Positions 1 through 9,965 of a stretch of 64,000 nucleotides of DNA are shown in pieces. Numbering within the stretch: position 1 is the first letter of the stretch; every line of letters begins with the position of its first letter. The notes below the pieces were generated by a model that saw only the letters and a program-made list of their open reading frames with translations, ran no database searches and was not told where the DNA came from. The position numbers were made by a program, and so were the translations under genes. Origin of the DNA: a virus; the IMG/VR virus record IMGVR_UViG_3300011581_000001, positions 344-64,343 of that record; one strand, 5' to 3'.

Positions 1-1
1 T

Positions 2-91
2 CTCGACCAAAGCGCTAAAAAGCGAGTAGATACATGGGTTGAATGGATAGAGGACGATGTAAAAAGCGAATTAAGACGTAAGGGGTGGTGA
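2..91 (+). CDS. 3' end of a tail-region protein (possibly HK97 gp10-like), partial
   Basis: Open frame LDQSAKKRVDTWVEWIEDDVKSELRRKGW* ending TGA 89-91, just before the tape measure ATG. Confidence 0.5.
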   Translation, partial: LDQSAKKRVDTWVEWIEDDVKSELRRKGW

Positions 92-94
92 TAA

Positions 95-2275
95 ATGGCA
101 TACGAATTAAAGGCGATATTTGAAGCGCAAGATAAAATATCGGCAAAGGTTCGAAGAATTACGCAAGAAATTAACAAATTAGATATGGCGATGAAACGCG
201 CGACATCCGCAGCTCTAAACCTAAACAACGCAATGAACAGGAACGCAAGCAACCTAAATCGCGCAGGCAATTCATACCGAACGTATAATAATACGGTCAA
301 TAATACATCAAATACGATTAACCGAAATACAAACATCGTTAACCACAACACGAACGCGATTCACAATAATATCGTGCAGATTAACAACTATAATTCTGCG
401 TCAAATAATATGCGCAATAGCGTAAGTAGACAGGCATCTTCTCTTAACAACCTACGAAATATGTTAGTTGGAGTTGCTGGCGCGTACTTAGGTGCGCAAG
501 GTGCTGCGAAACTATTCGAAACTACAATCGGAGCAGCTGCGAAGCAAGAACAGTCGGAAGTTGCGATTAGAGCGATATTTAACGATGACAAAGCGTCCAG
601 TGCGTACTTGAAAATGGTCGATAGTATGGCGATTGATAGTCCGTTATTAAATAGTGGCGACATGCTTGCGAATAGTAAGACCCTCGTTGCGATGACGAAG
701 AACGTTGAGGACTTAGGTAAGGCGTGGTCAATCGTTGAACGTTTGCAAGTATTGGACCCAACGCAAGGTACGGAAGGTGCTGCGTTTGCGCTGAAAGAGA
801 TGTGGGGCGGAGACGCGTTGAGTATGAAAGAGCGGTTCGGCCTCGATAAAAACGCCTTAAACGATATTAAGACTATGAGCATAAGCGATCAAGTAGTCGA
901 ATTAGATAAGCTCTTGAGCGGTATGGGGATAACGCAAAATACCGTTAATGCTATGGGGCAAACAACTCTCGGATATTGGTCGCAGCTACAAGAGCGCGCC
1001 GAAAAGTTCGGACGACAAGTCGGAAACTTATCGAACTCTAAGCTCGGTAAAGTCCTCGGCGATATTATTACGAAATTAGACAACGCGGACTTAGACGGAA
1101 TCGCTGCGAAGTTTGACGCAAAATTGGCGGATATTACGGAGAAAGCGATTAAGCTCGGAAAATTCCTATGGGAATGGCGCGAACCTATTATGTACGTAGT
1201 CGGAGCAATTTCGGCTGCAACGACGGCGCTTGTCGGAGTTGGAATTATCGCAGCATTAGCGAGCCCAGTATCGTTAATCGCCGGAGCAATAGCGGCAGCA
1301 GCGGTTGGTATGCGAGCTCTCTACGATAATAGCGCAAATTTTCGAGGGATGATTGACGGAATTGTTACGAAAGCCCAAGAGCTATGGGCTGCGTTTCAGT
1401 CGGGCGGAGTAGACGGCGTCCTTTCTGCGTTGTTGCCTCCGTCAATGATCGAAGATATAAATAACATGAAAACGCAAATCGGAGTTTTTGTCGATTATTT
1501 AACGGAGAAATGGACGGCGATACAGCCTACGCTTGATATGCTTAAGTTTGCGTTTCAAACGGCATCCGAAAACGTTGTATCCGTACTTTCGACGCTATGG
1601 GAGCTCGCAAGTCCGATTTTATCGTTATTAGGAAACGCTATTTCGATTGTCGGCGATGTCGTAATTATGGTGTTTAATAATATCGTAGCGCCAATGTTAG
1701 CGTTTATGGCGAAGGCGTTCTCCGTTCTTTGGAAAGTCGTGGGGCCAATCCTCGAACTATTAGGCGCTGCTTTCGAAGTTATCGGGACGATTATTATGTT
1801 CTTATGGGACACGATTTTAGCGCCATTCGTTGACTACTGGACTTCCGGGTTAGTGGAAGCGTTCAAGTTCGTAATGCCTTACCTCGATAAGGTTGGCGGA
1901 ATGTTCGAAACGATTGGCAGTTGGATTAGCACGGCGGCGGACTACGTTAGCGGATTTGCGAACAACTTAAAGAAAATTAAAGTGCCCGATTGGGTGCAGA
2001 AGTTAGGCGGAAGTGCCGTAGAACTAGCGCAAAAGTTCATTCCAGGTAACTACCACGGACTTTCTAACGTGCCATATGACGGCTATACAACGCGCCTCCA
2101 CAAAGGCGAGCGAGTATTAACGGCGCAAGAGAATAAGGAATATAACGAAGGTGGAAACGGCGGAGGCATTACGATTACTGGCAACAGCTTCACCGTACGC
2201 GAAGAAGCGGACATTGAGAAAATAGCGTATAAGTTAGCGAAATTAATCGAGAAGGAGGCGTTGCAAATTGGCTAA
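95..2275 (+). CDS. Tail tape measure protein
   Basis: 726 aa, helical Ala/Gly-rich with hydrophobic segments, C-terminal HGLSNVPYDGY...LHKGERVLTA motif; upstream of the baseplate genes. Confidence 0.9.
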   Translation: MAYELKAIFEAQDKISAKVRRITQEINKLDMAMKRATSAALNLNNAMNRNASNLNRAGNSYRTYNNTVNNTSNTINRNTNIVNHNTNAIHNNIVQINNYNSASNNMRNSVSRQASSLNNLRNMLVGVAGAYLGAQGAAKLFETTIGAAAKQEQSEVAIRAIFNDDKASSAYLKMVDSMAIDSPLLNSGDMLANSKTLVAMTKNVEDLGKAWSIVERLQVLDPTQGTEGAAFALKEMWGGDALSMKERFGLDKNALNDIKTMSISDQVVELDKLLSGMGITQNTVNAMGQTTLGYWSQLQERAEKFGRQVGNLSNSKLGKVLGDIITKLDNADLDGIAAKFDAKLADITEKAIKLGKFLWEWREPIMYVVGAISAATTALVGVGIIAALASPVSLIAGAIAAAAVGMRALYDNSANFRGMIDGIVTKAQELWAAFQSGGVDGVLSALLPPSMIEDINNMKTQIGVFVDYLTEKWTAIQPTLDMLKFAFQTASENVVSVLSTLWELASPILSLLGNAISIVGDVVIMVFNNIVAPMLAFMAKAFSVLWKVVGPILELLGAAFEVIGTIIMFLWDTILAPFVDYWTSGLVEAFKFVMPYLDKVGGMFETIGSWISTAADYVSGFANNLKKIKVPDWVQKLGGSAVELAQKFIPGNYHGLSNVPYDGYTTRLHKGERVLTAQENKEYNEGGNGGGITITGNSFTVREEADIEKIAYKLAKLIEKEALQIG

Positions 2276-2933
2276 GAATCGCGTTGAGTATTGGTTCAAA
2301 GACGAGGATCTCGGCACTTATTTGCGACTGCCTGTTAATCCTCCCGAAATTAATTACGCAAATCCTTACGATATACAGACGGTCGCTATAACGAAGCTTG
2401 GCGAGGTTTCAATTCCAGGCGAGCGAGGACTAAAGCAAATTACGTTTAGTTCGTTCTTCCCTCGCGATTATAACGCGTCATATTGCGAGTATGAAGGATT
2501 CCCGTCACCAAGCGTTTGGTTCTCGCAGATTCAAACTTGGCGGTATGCTCGGAAGCCAATCCGCTTTATTGTGACAGGCACTAATATTAATTTACCGATG
2601 TATATTTCGGAGTTTGACGTTCAACCCGAAAGGGCAGGCGCGCCTGGTGATATGTATTATTCGTTGACGCTCGTTGAGCATCGTCCTTTTAAGGCCAGTA
2701 GTGTTCAATCGGCAACGACGACTTCGACCGTGGTAGCGACGTCAAACCGTCCTTCAAGCCCAAAAGTCAAAACGAAAACCTATAAGGTCGTGAAAGGCGA
2801 TTCATTATGGAAAATCGCAAAGGCGCAATATGGCGACGGCTCTAAGTGGTCGACGATTTATAACGCTAATAAATCGGTAATCGGTGCAAATCCGGATAAG
2901 ATTAAGCCCGGACAGAAGTTGGTGATTCCGTGA
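2268..2933 (+). CDS. XkdP-like LysM-domain tail tube initiator
   Basis: LPVNPPEI N-terminal motif, C-terminal LysM (YKVVKGDSLWKIA...I.PGQKLVIP); synteny. Confidence 0.88.
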   Translation: MAKNRVEYWFKDEDLGTYLRLPVNPPEINYANPYDIQTVAITKLGEVSIPGERGLKQITFSSFFPRDYNASYCEYEGFPSPSVWFSQIQTWRYARKPIRFIVTGTNINLPMYISEFDVQPERAGAPGDMYYSLTLVEHRPFKASSVQSATTTSTVVATSNRPSSPKVKTKTYKVVKGDSLWKIAKAQYGDGSKWSTIYNANKSVIGANPDKIKPGQKLVIP

Positions 2934-3925
2934 TTAACGTTATCTTAAATAACAAACTGGATATAACGGACTATATCGCAAGTGCTTCATTAAGCGGGGA
3001 CAGTACGAAATTTAATCGCCAGCTCAATTTGCAGATGAATATGACGCAAGATGGACGTACTAGAGGCGTTACAGTCGTTGAGGGTGACGTACTAGTATTC
3101 CGAAGCTATGACGTCGTACGATTCATCGGTTACGTCTTTTCAACAGAGCGGTCGTCTGACGGAATGGTTTCTATATCGGCGTATGACAGTAATATTTACT
3201 TAGCGAAATCGAATGATTCCCGGATATTTACGAATAAAAAGGCGTCCGACATAATTACGACTCTTGCGAAGGATTTCGGAGTGCCAGTCGGAACTATTGC
3301 GGACACAGGCTACGTCATTCCGTTTTTACGGCTATCAAACAAGACGATATTCGATATGATACTTACCGCTTTGACGATTACATTTCAGCAGACGGGCAAA
3401 CGCTTTTTCGTAAGCAACGTGAAAGGTAAATTGACGTTAACTGCTGGAGCAAAGCCTTCGAAGTATTACGTATTCAAAGACGGCGAGAATTTAATAAGTG
3501 CGTCTTACTCGCGGTCGATTGAAGATACAAAGACGCAAGTTAAGGTCATCGGCGGTAAAAAGGGCAGCGAGACGGTCGTTGCCGTTAAAAATGACGGGCT
3601 TAAAAAGAAGTACGGCGTATTACAAGCGCTAGAAGTTATGGATGAATCAGCTACGGCTTCGCAAGTTAAACAGCGTGCGCAAACGCTATTAAAAGAACAA
3701 TCGGTAGTAAGCGAGCAGTTTAGCGTAGAAGTGCTTGGAGTGCCCGAAGTAGACGTTGGAACAGCGGTATACGTTCAGAACGAAATGACAAGCGTGAAAG
3801 GCGCGTTCTATGTAACGTCCGTAGCACACGATTATAATGGCGGAGTTCATACGATGTCACTCGAATTATCGCGGACATACGAATTGCCCGACATCTCAAT
3901 AGACGAGGAGGCGACGCAGAAATGA
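2930..3925 (+). CDS. XkdQ-like baseplate hub protein
   Basis: 331 aa, AYD..YL and KASDII..LA.DFG motifs; follows the XkdP-like gene. Confidence 0.85.
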   Translation: MINVILNNKLDITDYIASASLSGDSTKFNRQLNLQMNMTQDGRTRGVTVVEGDVLVFRSYDVVRFIGYVFSTERSSDGMVSISAYDSNIYLAKSNDSRIFTNKKASDIITTLAKDFGVPVGTIADTGYVIPFLRLSNKTIFDMILTALTITFQQTGKRFFVSNVKGKLTLTAGAKPSKYYVFKDGENLISASYSRSIEDTKTQVKVIGGKKGSETVVAVKNDGLKKKYGVLQALEVMDESATASQVKQRAQTLLKEQSVVSEQFSVEVLGVPEVDVGTAVYVQNEMTSVKGAFYVTSVAHDYNGGVHTMSLELSRTYELPDISIDEEATQK

Positions 3926-4236
3926 CGTTAGAAGGAAGCGGTGCAGCACGGCTTTTAAAGATGTTCGGAAACAATGACGAACCTACCACGATAACGCTCG
4001 CTACTGTCGTAAGTCCGTCGCCTATCTCGGTGCGAGTTGACGGCGACTCAATCGATACACCAAGCGAAGGTATTATCGTTGCTGAACAATTAACGGAGCA
4101 TAAGCGCCTCATTGCGTATAAAGGCGAGGATGGCGAAATGACGCTAAAGTCGGCATTAAAAAAAGATGACCGAGTTATCGTAGCAATCGCAAATAACGGA
4201 CAACTAATTTATGTAATTGATAAGGCGGTGATTTAG
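3922..4236 (+). CDS. XkdR-like (DUF2577) baseplate spike protein
   Basis: ATVVSPSPISV and LKKDDRVIV...YVIDK motifs; synteny. Confidence 0.8.
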   Translation: MTLEGSGAARLLKMFGNNDEPTTITLATVVSPSPISVRVDGDSIDTPSEGIIVAEQLTEHKRLIAYKGEDGEMTLKSALKKDDRVIVAIANNGQLIYVIDKAVI

Positions 4237-4667
4237 TGGCACTGACGCCTATTAACATCATTATAGACGAAGAAATAACGGATGAGGTCACGATAACATC
4301 TTCCGTTGAGGTACAACCGTCTAGGACATTTGAACTCGATTTATTGAACGGACAAATCGGCGGATATATTGACGGGGAACAGGCGATTCAGCAGTTTATA
4401 CGCAAGGCAGTATTTACAGCGCGCAACCGCTACTTAATTTATAGCGACGCTTATGGTAGCGAATTGAGCGATTTAGTCAGTAAAAACCTACCGTTCAGCG
4501 TACTTGAAATCGAGATTCCACGCTTAATTGAGGACGCCTTAGTTTACGATGATCGGATAGCAAGCGTGGGTAACTTCGTTCTTACGCAAGAGTCCGATAA
4601 GCTATTCGTTTCGTTCGTTGTAACGCTTGTAAACGGAGAAACAGTCGAAAGTGAGGTGACGATATAA
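4236..4667 (+). CDS. XkdS-like (DUF2634) baseplate wedge / sheath initiator
   Basis: TARNRYLIYSDAYGSEL and EDALVYDDRI motifs. Confidence 0.85.
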   Translation: MALTPINIIIDEEITDEVTITSSVEVQPSRTFELDLLNGQIGGYIDGEQAIQQFIRKAVFTARNRYLIYSDAYGSELSDLVSKNLPFSVLEIEIPRLIEDALVYDDRIASVGNFVLTQESDKLFVSFVVTLVNGETVESEVTI

Positions 4668-5723
4668 GTGTTCGAAAATGAAACGTTTGAGACGATTATG
4701 GCGCGTATGTTAGCGCAATTTCCCGACACGATGGATAAACGAGAGGGTTCCGTCTTATGGGACTTATTGAGTCCGAAAGCATCGGAATTAGCGCAAGCTT
4801 ATATTCAGATGGATAACGTAATTAATCTCGGATTTGCTTCGACAACCTACGGAGAATATTTAGAACGTCGAGCTGCCGAGCAAGGATTGACGCGAAAGCC
4901 AGCAATATCAGCAACAGGGTATGTAACGGTAACTGCTCCGGAAGGAACGGTCATTCCGCAAGGCACACGCTTTGCTACCAACGCAGAGACACCGATTTAC
5001 TTCGTAACAACTGTCGAGGCAACTGTCGGAGTTAATGCAGTCCAAATCGAAGTACAAGCGGAAGTGGCGGGTATCTCCGGAAATGTGAACGCGGGCAATA
5101 TTACAGTCGTTTTAGGCGACCTAGCCGGTATAGTGACCGTAACAAATGCGGAAGAATTTAGTGGTGGATTTGACGAAGAGACAGACGCCGAACTTTACGA
5201 ACGATACTACGAGGAAGTTAGCCGGCCGACGACAAGCGGAAATAAATACGATTACATCAAATGGGCGAAGTCAGTTCCGGGAATATCGGATGCAAAAGTT
5301 TACCCGCTATGGGACGGTCCTGGCACGGTAAAAGTCATCGTAGCGGATTCGGAAAAGCGAGCGCCTTCTCAATCGATATTAAACGCAGTAATCACGTACA
5401 TTGGCGAACAGCATCCAGTCGGTGCCGAGGTAACAGTCGAAAGTGTAACGGAGATAACGATTAATATTAACGTAAAATTAACGCTACGTGACGGTATTTC
5501 TTTAGAAACGGCACAGGCGTCTGTGTACGCAAATATCGAAGCGTATTTGAAGTCTATTGCGTTTGATAACGACACTGTCCGCTATACAAGTATAGGAAAC
5601 GCAATCTTAGACGGAACTGGCGTAGTCGACTATGAAAACTTACAAGTAAACGGATTGACTGCGAATATTATCATGCAATCAACGGAAGTGCCGATTATAG
5701 GCGCATTAAACGTAACTATATAA
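4668..5723 (+). CDS. Baseplate J-like protein (XkdT-like)
   Basis: DKREGS, GG.DEETDAEL, SGNKYDY..WA..V.G and WDGPGTVKV motifs. Confidence 0.92.
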   Translation: MFENETFETIMARMLAQFPDTMDKREGSVLWDLLSPKASELAQAYIQMDNVINLGFASTTYGEYLERRAAEQGLTRKPAISATGYVTVTAPEGTVIPQGTRFATNAETPIYFVTTVEATVGVNAVQIEVQAEVAGISGNVNAGNITVVLGDLAGIVTVTNAEEFSGGFDEETDAELYERYYEEVSRPTTSGNKYDYIKWAKSVPGISDAKVYPLWDGPGTVKVIVADSEKRAPSQSILNAVITYIGEQHPVGAEVTVESVTEITININVKLTLRDGISLETAQASVYANIEAYLKSIAFDNDTVRYTSIGNAILDGTGVVDYENLQVNGLTANIIMQSTEVPIIGALNVTI

Positions 5724-5737
5724 GGAGGAATTAACGG

Positions 5738-6124
5738 ATGGCAGCAATGAGCGATTATTTAGAAAATGCGTTAATCAACGCAGTATTACGAGGTACTACT
5801 TATACTTCGCCTTCTACGGTATATATCGGATTATTTACGTCAGACCCAACGGACGCTAAGACTGGAACGGAAGTAACTGGCGGTGCATATGCACGTCAAG
5901 CGATTACGTTCGGCGCTCCGACAAATGGCGTCAGTTACAGTTCGGCTGACGTACTATTTCCGGTAGCGACTGCGAGTTGGGGAACGGTCACGCATATTGG
6001 AATCTTTGACGCAGCGACAAGCGGAAATTTACTATTCCACGGTACATTAACGAATACAAAGACGATTGCAGCGGACGATCAGTTAAAAATTGTAGCGGGC
6101 AATGTGAACGTGACACTCGCGTAA
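5738..6124 (+). CDS. Small tail/baseplate structural protein
   Basis: MSDYLENALIN...YIGLFTSDP...EVTGGAYARQ...WGTVTHIGIFDA.TSGNLL phage tail protein motif. Confidence 0.75.
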   Translation: MAAMSDYLENALINAVLRGTTYTSPSTVYIGLFTSDPTDAKTGTEVTGGAYARQAITFGAPTNGVSYSSADVLFPVATASWGTVTHIGIFDAATSGNLLFHGTLTNTKTIAADDQLKIVAGNVNVTLA

Positions 6125-6137
6125 AGGAGTGGGATAA

Positions 6138-7019
6138 ATGGCGGAAATTATAATCGACGCGTTATCGCTCGAAGGTAGCGCGTCCGCAGGCGGAAGTATT
6201 GTCACAATTAAATCGACAAACAGCGGAATGGACGCTACTGCGAGCGCTGGCGGAAAGCTATTGCTAATCGTCAAAAGTGCAACGGCTGTCAGCAGTTCAG
6301 CAACAACAGCGTCAGTAGGGCGAGCGCTTCGCCTTATTCGCGGAGGACTTAGCGGTAAAGCAACTGTCTCCTCTAGTGGACATAAATATAAAACAGTTAA
6401 AGCGTCTATAAGCGCAGAAAGTATACTCGAAGCCTTTACGTTCGACCGAGATTTAAAGACGGAACTCGGCGACTATCTGCCGGCATTTTATCGAGATATT
6501 GCGGATGTCATGCTCATGGCTGACGTAGATGCGACGGAAGTCATCCGATTGCGCGCCTATCTCGATAACTTGCTCGATAATTTCTACGTGAACAGCTCCG
6601 ACAACTTGCTCGAACGATGGGAGAGCGAAGTCGGTATCGAGACTATTCCGCAAAGGTCTGCGGATTCAAGACGTCATTACATTAATGCGAAATTGCGTGG
6701 GAAGGGCGTTGCTACGACAGATTTAATGAAGTCGATAGTGGACGCTTTTTATTATTCGGAAATTACAGACAAGCCACGCGAGCATACGGTTGCCGTTAAA
6801 TTGCTCGGTAAGCGTGGGATTCCGAAGAATCTCGAAGATATTGACGTAGCAGTGACGGACGTAATTCCGGCTCATTTGGACCGTGAGTACGAATTTACTT
6901 ATGCGACATGGGGCGAGATGAACGGCGTTGGATTGACGTGGCAAGAAGCGGAAGAGAAAACGATGAAGGAGCTCGAGGAGACATTTTACGTTGATCCGGG
7001 ACATCCATATACGAATTAA
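6138..7019 (+). CDS. XkdU/YmfQ-like baseplate wedge protein with N-terminal Ala/Ser/Gly-rich extension
   Basis: YLP.FY, LERWE..GI, RR..I.AKLRG.G and VIPAHL motifs in the C-terminal part. Confidence 0.78.
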   Translation: MAEIIIDALSLEGSASAGGSIVTIKSTNSGMDATASAGGKLLLIVKSATAVSSSATTASVGRALRLIRGGLSGKATVSSSGHKYKTVKASISAESILEAFTFDRDLKTELGDYLPAFYRDIADVMLMADVDATEVIRLRAYLDNLLDNFYVNSSDNLLERWESEVGIETIPQRSADSRRHYINAKLRGKGVATTDLMKSIVDAFYYSEITDKPREHTVAVKLLGKRGIPKNLEDIDVAVTDVIPAHLDREYEFTYATWGEMNGVGLTWQEAEEKTMKELEETFYVDPGHPYTN

Positions 7020-7036
7020 TAACGGGAGGAATCCGA

Positions 7037-8497
7037 ATGAGTAGCGAAAAAACTCCGAATTTAGGATTGCATAAATGGGCTGCGCCCGACTACGTGCAGA
7101 GAACGGAATTTAATGATAATTTTGCAAAAATCGATGACCATGCGAAGCAAGTTACTGAACAGTTGTCAGAAACTATGAATTATTTATCAGAATTTGGGTT
7201 GAACCTCATAGCGAATGGTGTAGTTGGAGATGGAGTAGTTGATGACACAGTAAAAATACAAGAATGTATTAACTTTGTTAGCAATAATGGAGGTGGTATC
7301 GTTTATGCTCCTAAACCCCCTATTGATTATTTAATATCAAACTCAATAACCGTTCCTTCAAATGTTACATTTCAAGGAGCAGGAAAAGATATTTCTATCT
7401 TTAGAATGACACTACCCAATAAACATGGTTTCCTTGTAAGAGGGCAGCATCATGTTACCATTAAGGACATACAAATTAAAAACATTTCCAGAACGAATGC
7501 GTATGAGTATCACGGAATTCGAGTTGATGGTGGCTCTAAAAATGTTACTATTGAGAAATGTAAAATAGATAACTCCGATGATACTGGAATTTCTTTAGGG
7601 TTCGACCTTACGTTGCAAATCGGTGTTGAGGATTGTAAGGTGATTGATAACGAAATTTCAAATGTTATAGGCGGTTCGGGAATGGAATTATCACGCAGTA
7701 AAAACTGTGTGGTTAGTGGAAATATTATTAAAAATTGTCTCCAGCATGGTATACGTATCAACGGCTCAAAAAATATTATTTGTACAGAGAACACATGTGA
7801 AAGCAACTCTGAATCTGGAATTGATGTACAAGGGTATCATGATAATATTGGTGGAGTTATGACTTTATCTGGAAGACTTGAATCGCTTACTGTTTCAAAT
7901 AATATTTGTAAAAACAATAAGCGTGGGATTTACATCCAAAGCGGTGTACGGAATGTAAGTTTATCTAGTAATATTTTAGAAAACAATAACAGAGGAATAG
8001 AATTTTCAGGCGGAGACACTTCTACCATAGAAAATGTAATCGTTAATGGAAATACAATGTTCGGTCATACAGAGATGGCACTCATTATATCCACGACAAT
8101 CGACTGTAAAGTTATTAATAACACTTTGAAAAACGGTAACAGAGGTATTGATATAAGAGGTGCTTCGACTCGATTGACAATTGCAAATAATGATATTTTC
8201 GATTTTGGCTCTCCTGATATTTATGGATACGGGTTATCAATATCCAGTAGCAATAAAAAACACGACAAACTGATTATCAAAGATAATCGTTTTAAATCAG
8301 AAACGATGAATGTTGATTCAGGGATAGGCATTTCTATCGGAAGTAACACAACTACAGCAGACTCTACCATTAGTATAAGATTCAATGACATAACTCTAAG
8401 ACGTACAACTAATACATTTATAAGTATTCAAGGTTTGGGAACTATTACAAGGAATTTTAACGGTGTAGAAACAAATGAGTTTACCATGATTGCTTAA
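7037..8497 (+). CDS. Tail fibre/spike with right-handed beta-helix (putative polysaccharide-binding or depolymerase domain)
   Basis: N-terminal anchor KTPNLGLHKW...FNDNFAKID, then GDGVVDDT..IQ and repeated V.GN.I/N..GI beta-helix rungs; visibly AT-rich relative to flanks. Confidence 0.85.
   Translation: MSSEKTPNLGLHKWAAPDYVQRTEFNDNFAKIDDHAKQVTEQLSETMNYLSEFGLNLIANGVVGDGVVDDTVKIQECINFVSNNGGGIVYAPKPPIDYLISNSITVPSNVTFQGAGKDISIFRMTLPNKHGFLVRGQHHVTIKDIQIKNISRTNAYEYHGIRVDGGSKNVTIEKCKIDNSDDTGISLGFDLTLQIGVEDCKVIDNEISNVIGGSGMELSRSKNCVVSGNIIKNCLQHGIRINGSKNIICTENTCESNSESGIDVQGYHDNIGGVMTLSGRLESLTVSNNICKNNKRGIYIQSGVRNVSLSSNILENNNRGIEFSGGDTSTIENVIVNGNTMFGHTEMALIISTTIDCKVINNTLKNGNRGIDIRGASTRLTIANNDIFDFGSPDIYGYGLSISSSNKKHDKLIIKDNRFKSETMNVDSGIGISIGSNTTTADSTISIRFNDITLRRTTNTFISIQGLGTITRNFNGVETNEFTMIA
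7150..7161 (+). repeat. Left copy of 12-bp inverted repeat AGTTACTGAACA
   Basis: Exact reverse complement at 8516-8527. Confidence 0.8.
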
Positions 8498-8515
8498 TTC
8501 TTATTTGTCCCATAA

Positions 8516-8527
8516 TGTTCAGTAACT
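8516..8527 (-). repeat. Right copy of 12-bp inverted repeat (TGTTCAGTAACT)
   Basis: Exact reverse complement of 7150-7161. Confidence 0.8.
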
Positions 8528-8557
8528 ACGAAATATCCCGAATATAAGATTTTTAAC

Positions 8558-8585
8558 AAGGCGCTCCCTCCCGAGCGTCTTTTTT
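8558..8585 (+). terminator. Intrinsic terminator after the tail operon
   Basis: AGGCGCTC-loop-GAGCGTCT followed by a T run. Confidence 0.8.
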
Positions 8586-8614
8586 AACGCAATCAAAACT
8601 TAAGGAGGCGCAAT

Positions 8615-8893
8615 ATGAACGATGAATTAATACGCGACATTTACCAACGTCTCGGCGGAATCGAAGCGAAGATTGACGATGTCAAATCGATTCGACTAGT
8701 CGCAGACAACGCGCAAGCAACCGCCAATCGAGCGGAGCAAAAGGCGGACACGAACGCCAAAGATATCGGAGATGTTCGCGAAGAAATGGCGGAAGCAAAA
8801 AAAGAAGCTAACGCCAATAAACGTTGGTTAATCGGCACGATCATCACAACGGCATTAGCATTAGCCGGGCTCGTAGCGAGCTTACTACAATAA
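8615..8893 (+). CDS. XhlA-like lysis membrane protein
   Basis: Coiled coil plus single C-terminal TM segment (KRWLIGTII...), first gene of the lysis cassette. Confidence 0.7.
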   Translation: MNDELIRDIYQRLGGIEAKIDDVKSIRLVADNAQATANRAEQKADTNAKDIGDVREEMAEAKKEANANKRWLIGTIITTALALAGLVASLLQ

Positions 8894-8917
8894 TACTACA
8901 ACGGAGGTTTTACGTAT

Positions 8918-9154
8918 ATGAAAAAATTCGATTGGAAAACGAGATTCCGCAATAAATCGTTTCTATTACTGCTATTTGCTGCGGTACTAGCAATGGCAAG
9001 GGAAATCGCCAACATATTCGGTTACGACTTAACGTTGATTAGCGAACACGCTACAAACGTATTTAACGCAGTTTTAGCGTTTCTTGTCACTTTAGGCGTC
9101 GTAGTCGACCCACTAACTAACGGAATTACGGATAAAACGAAAGAAGGCGAATAG
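8918..9154 (+). CDS. Phage holin
   Basis: DWKTRFRNKSF...LGVVVDPLT.GI.D motif, two TM segments. Confidence 0.9.
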   Translation: MKKFDWKTRFRNKSFLLLLFAAVLAMAREIANIFGYDLTLISEHATNVFNAVLAFLVTLGVVVDPLTNGITDKTKEGE

Positions 9155-9155
9155 T

Positions 9156-9965
9156 ATGGCGGACAAAGCGACAAAGTCTTATAAAATCGCAGTAGACGCA
9201 GGCCACGGCTATAATACGCCAGGCAAACGCAGTCCCGACGGAGAACGCGAATGGTCGTTCAATAACGTCGTAGTCTTAGCGATTGTCGAGCGCTTAAAAG
9301 AATACAGATGCTTCGACGTATTGCGAACGGACGACCCGACGGGCAAGACGGACGTCCCTTTAGCTGACCGTGTAACTAAAGCGATAAAATTCAACGCTGA
9401 TATATTCGTATCGGCGCATCAAAACGCTAATGCGGGCGTATACGGAAGTCATGGCGGAACGGAGACGTATTACTACGGACCAAGCACGAATGGTAAGCTC
9501 TTGGCTAATTACGTTCAGCCACGTCTAATTAGCGCGCTAGGACTGCGTAATCGTGGCGTTAAAGCTTCGGATGACTTATATGTCCTACGAGGATTCAGAA
9601 GCGTTAAAACGGTCGCTATTTTAGCGGAAGGCGCGTTCATGGATTCGTATACGGACATCGTTTCGTTGCGAGATGATGCGAAGCTAAAAGCGCAAGGCTA
9701 TGCGATTGCGGACGGAATCGCCGAATACCTGGGCGTAATACTGCCGAAGAAATCGGAAGTAAAAGGAGTTTCTTACACGAAAGTTGAACCGAAGGAGGAC
9801 GACGAAATGAAATTAAACGAAACTGGACGACAAGCAGCTCGCGAAATGATTAAGCGCGCCGTAACTGACGGAACATTTACGTCAAAGCACGAAAACGTCG
9901 ATAAGTACGACGATGGCGAGCTAGTATCGTATGCGCTTGCGTATGTGAATCGAAAATTGAAATAG
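9156..9965 (+). CDS. Endolysin, N-acetylmuramoyl-L-alanine amidase (Amidase_3)
   Basis: DAGHG, FVSAH.NA, LYVLR and AIL.E.AFMD motifs. Confidence 0.93.
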   Translation: MADKATKSYKIAVDAGHGYNTPGKRSPDGEREWSFNNVVVLAIVERLKEYRCFDVLRTDDPTGKTDVPLADRVTKAIKFNADIFVSAHQNANAGVYGSHGGTETYYYGPSTNGKLLANYVQPRLISALGLRNRGVKASDDLYVLRGFRSVKTVAILAEGAFMDSYTDIVSLRDDAKLKAQGYAIADGIAEYLGVILPKKSEVKGVSYTKVEPKEDDEMKLNETGRQAAREMIKRAVTDGTFTSKHENVDKYDDGELVSYALAYVNRKLK

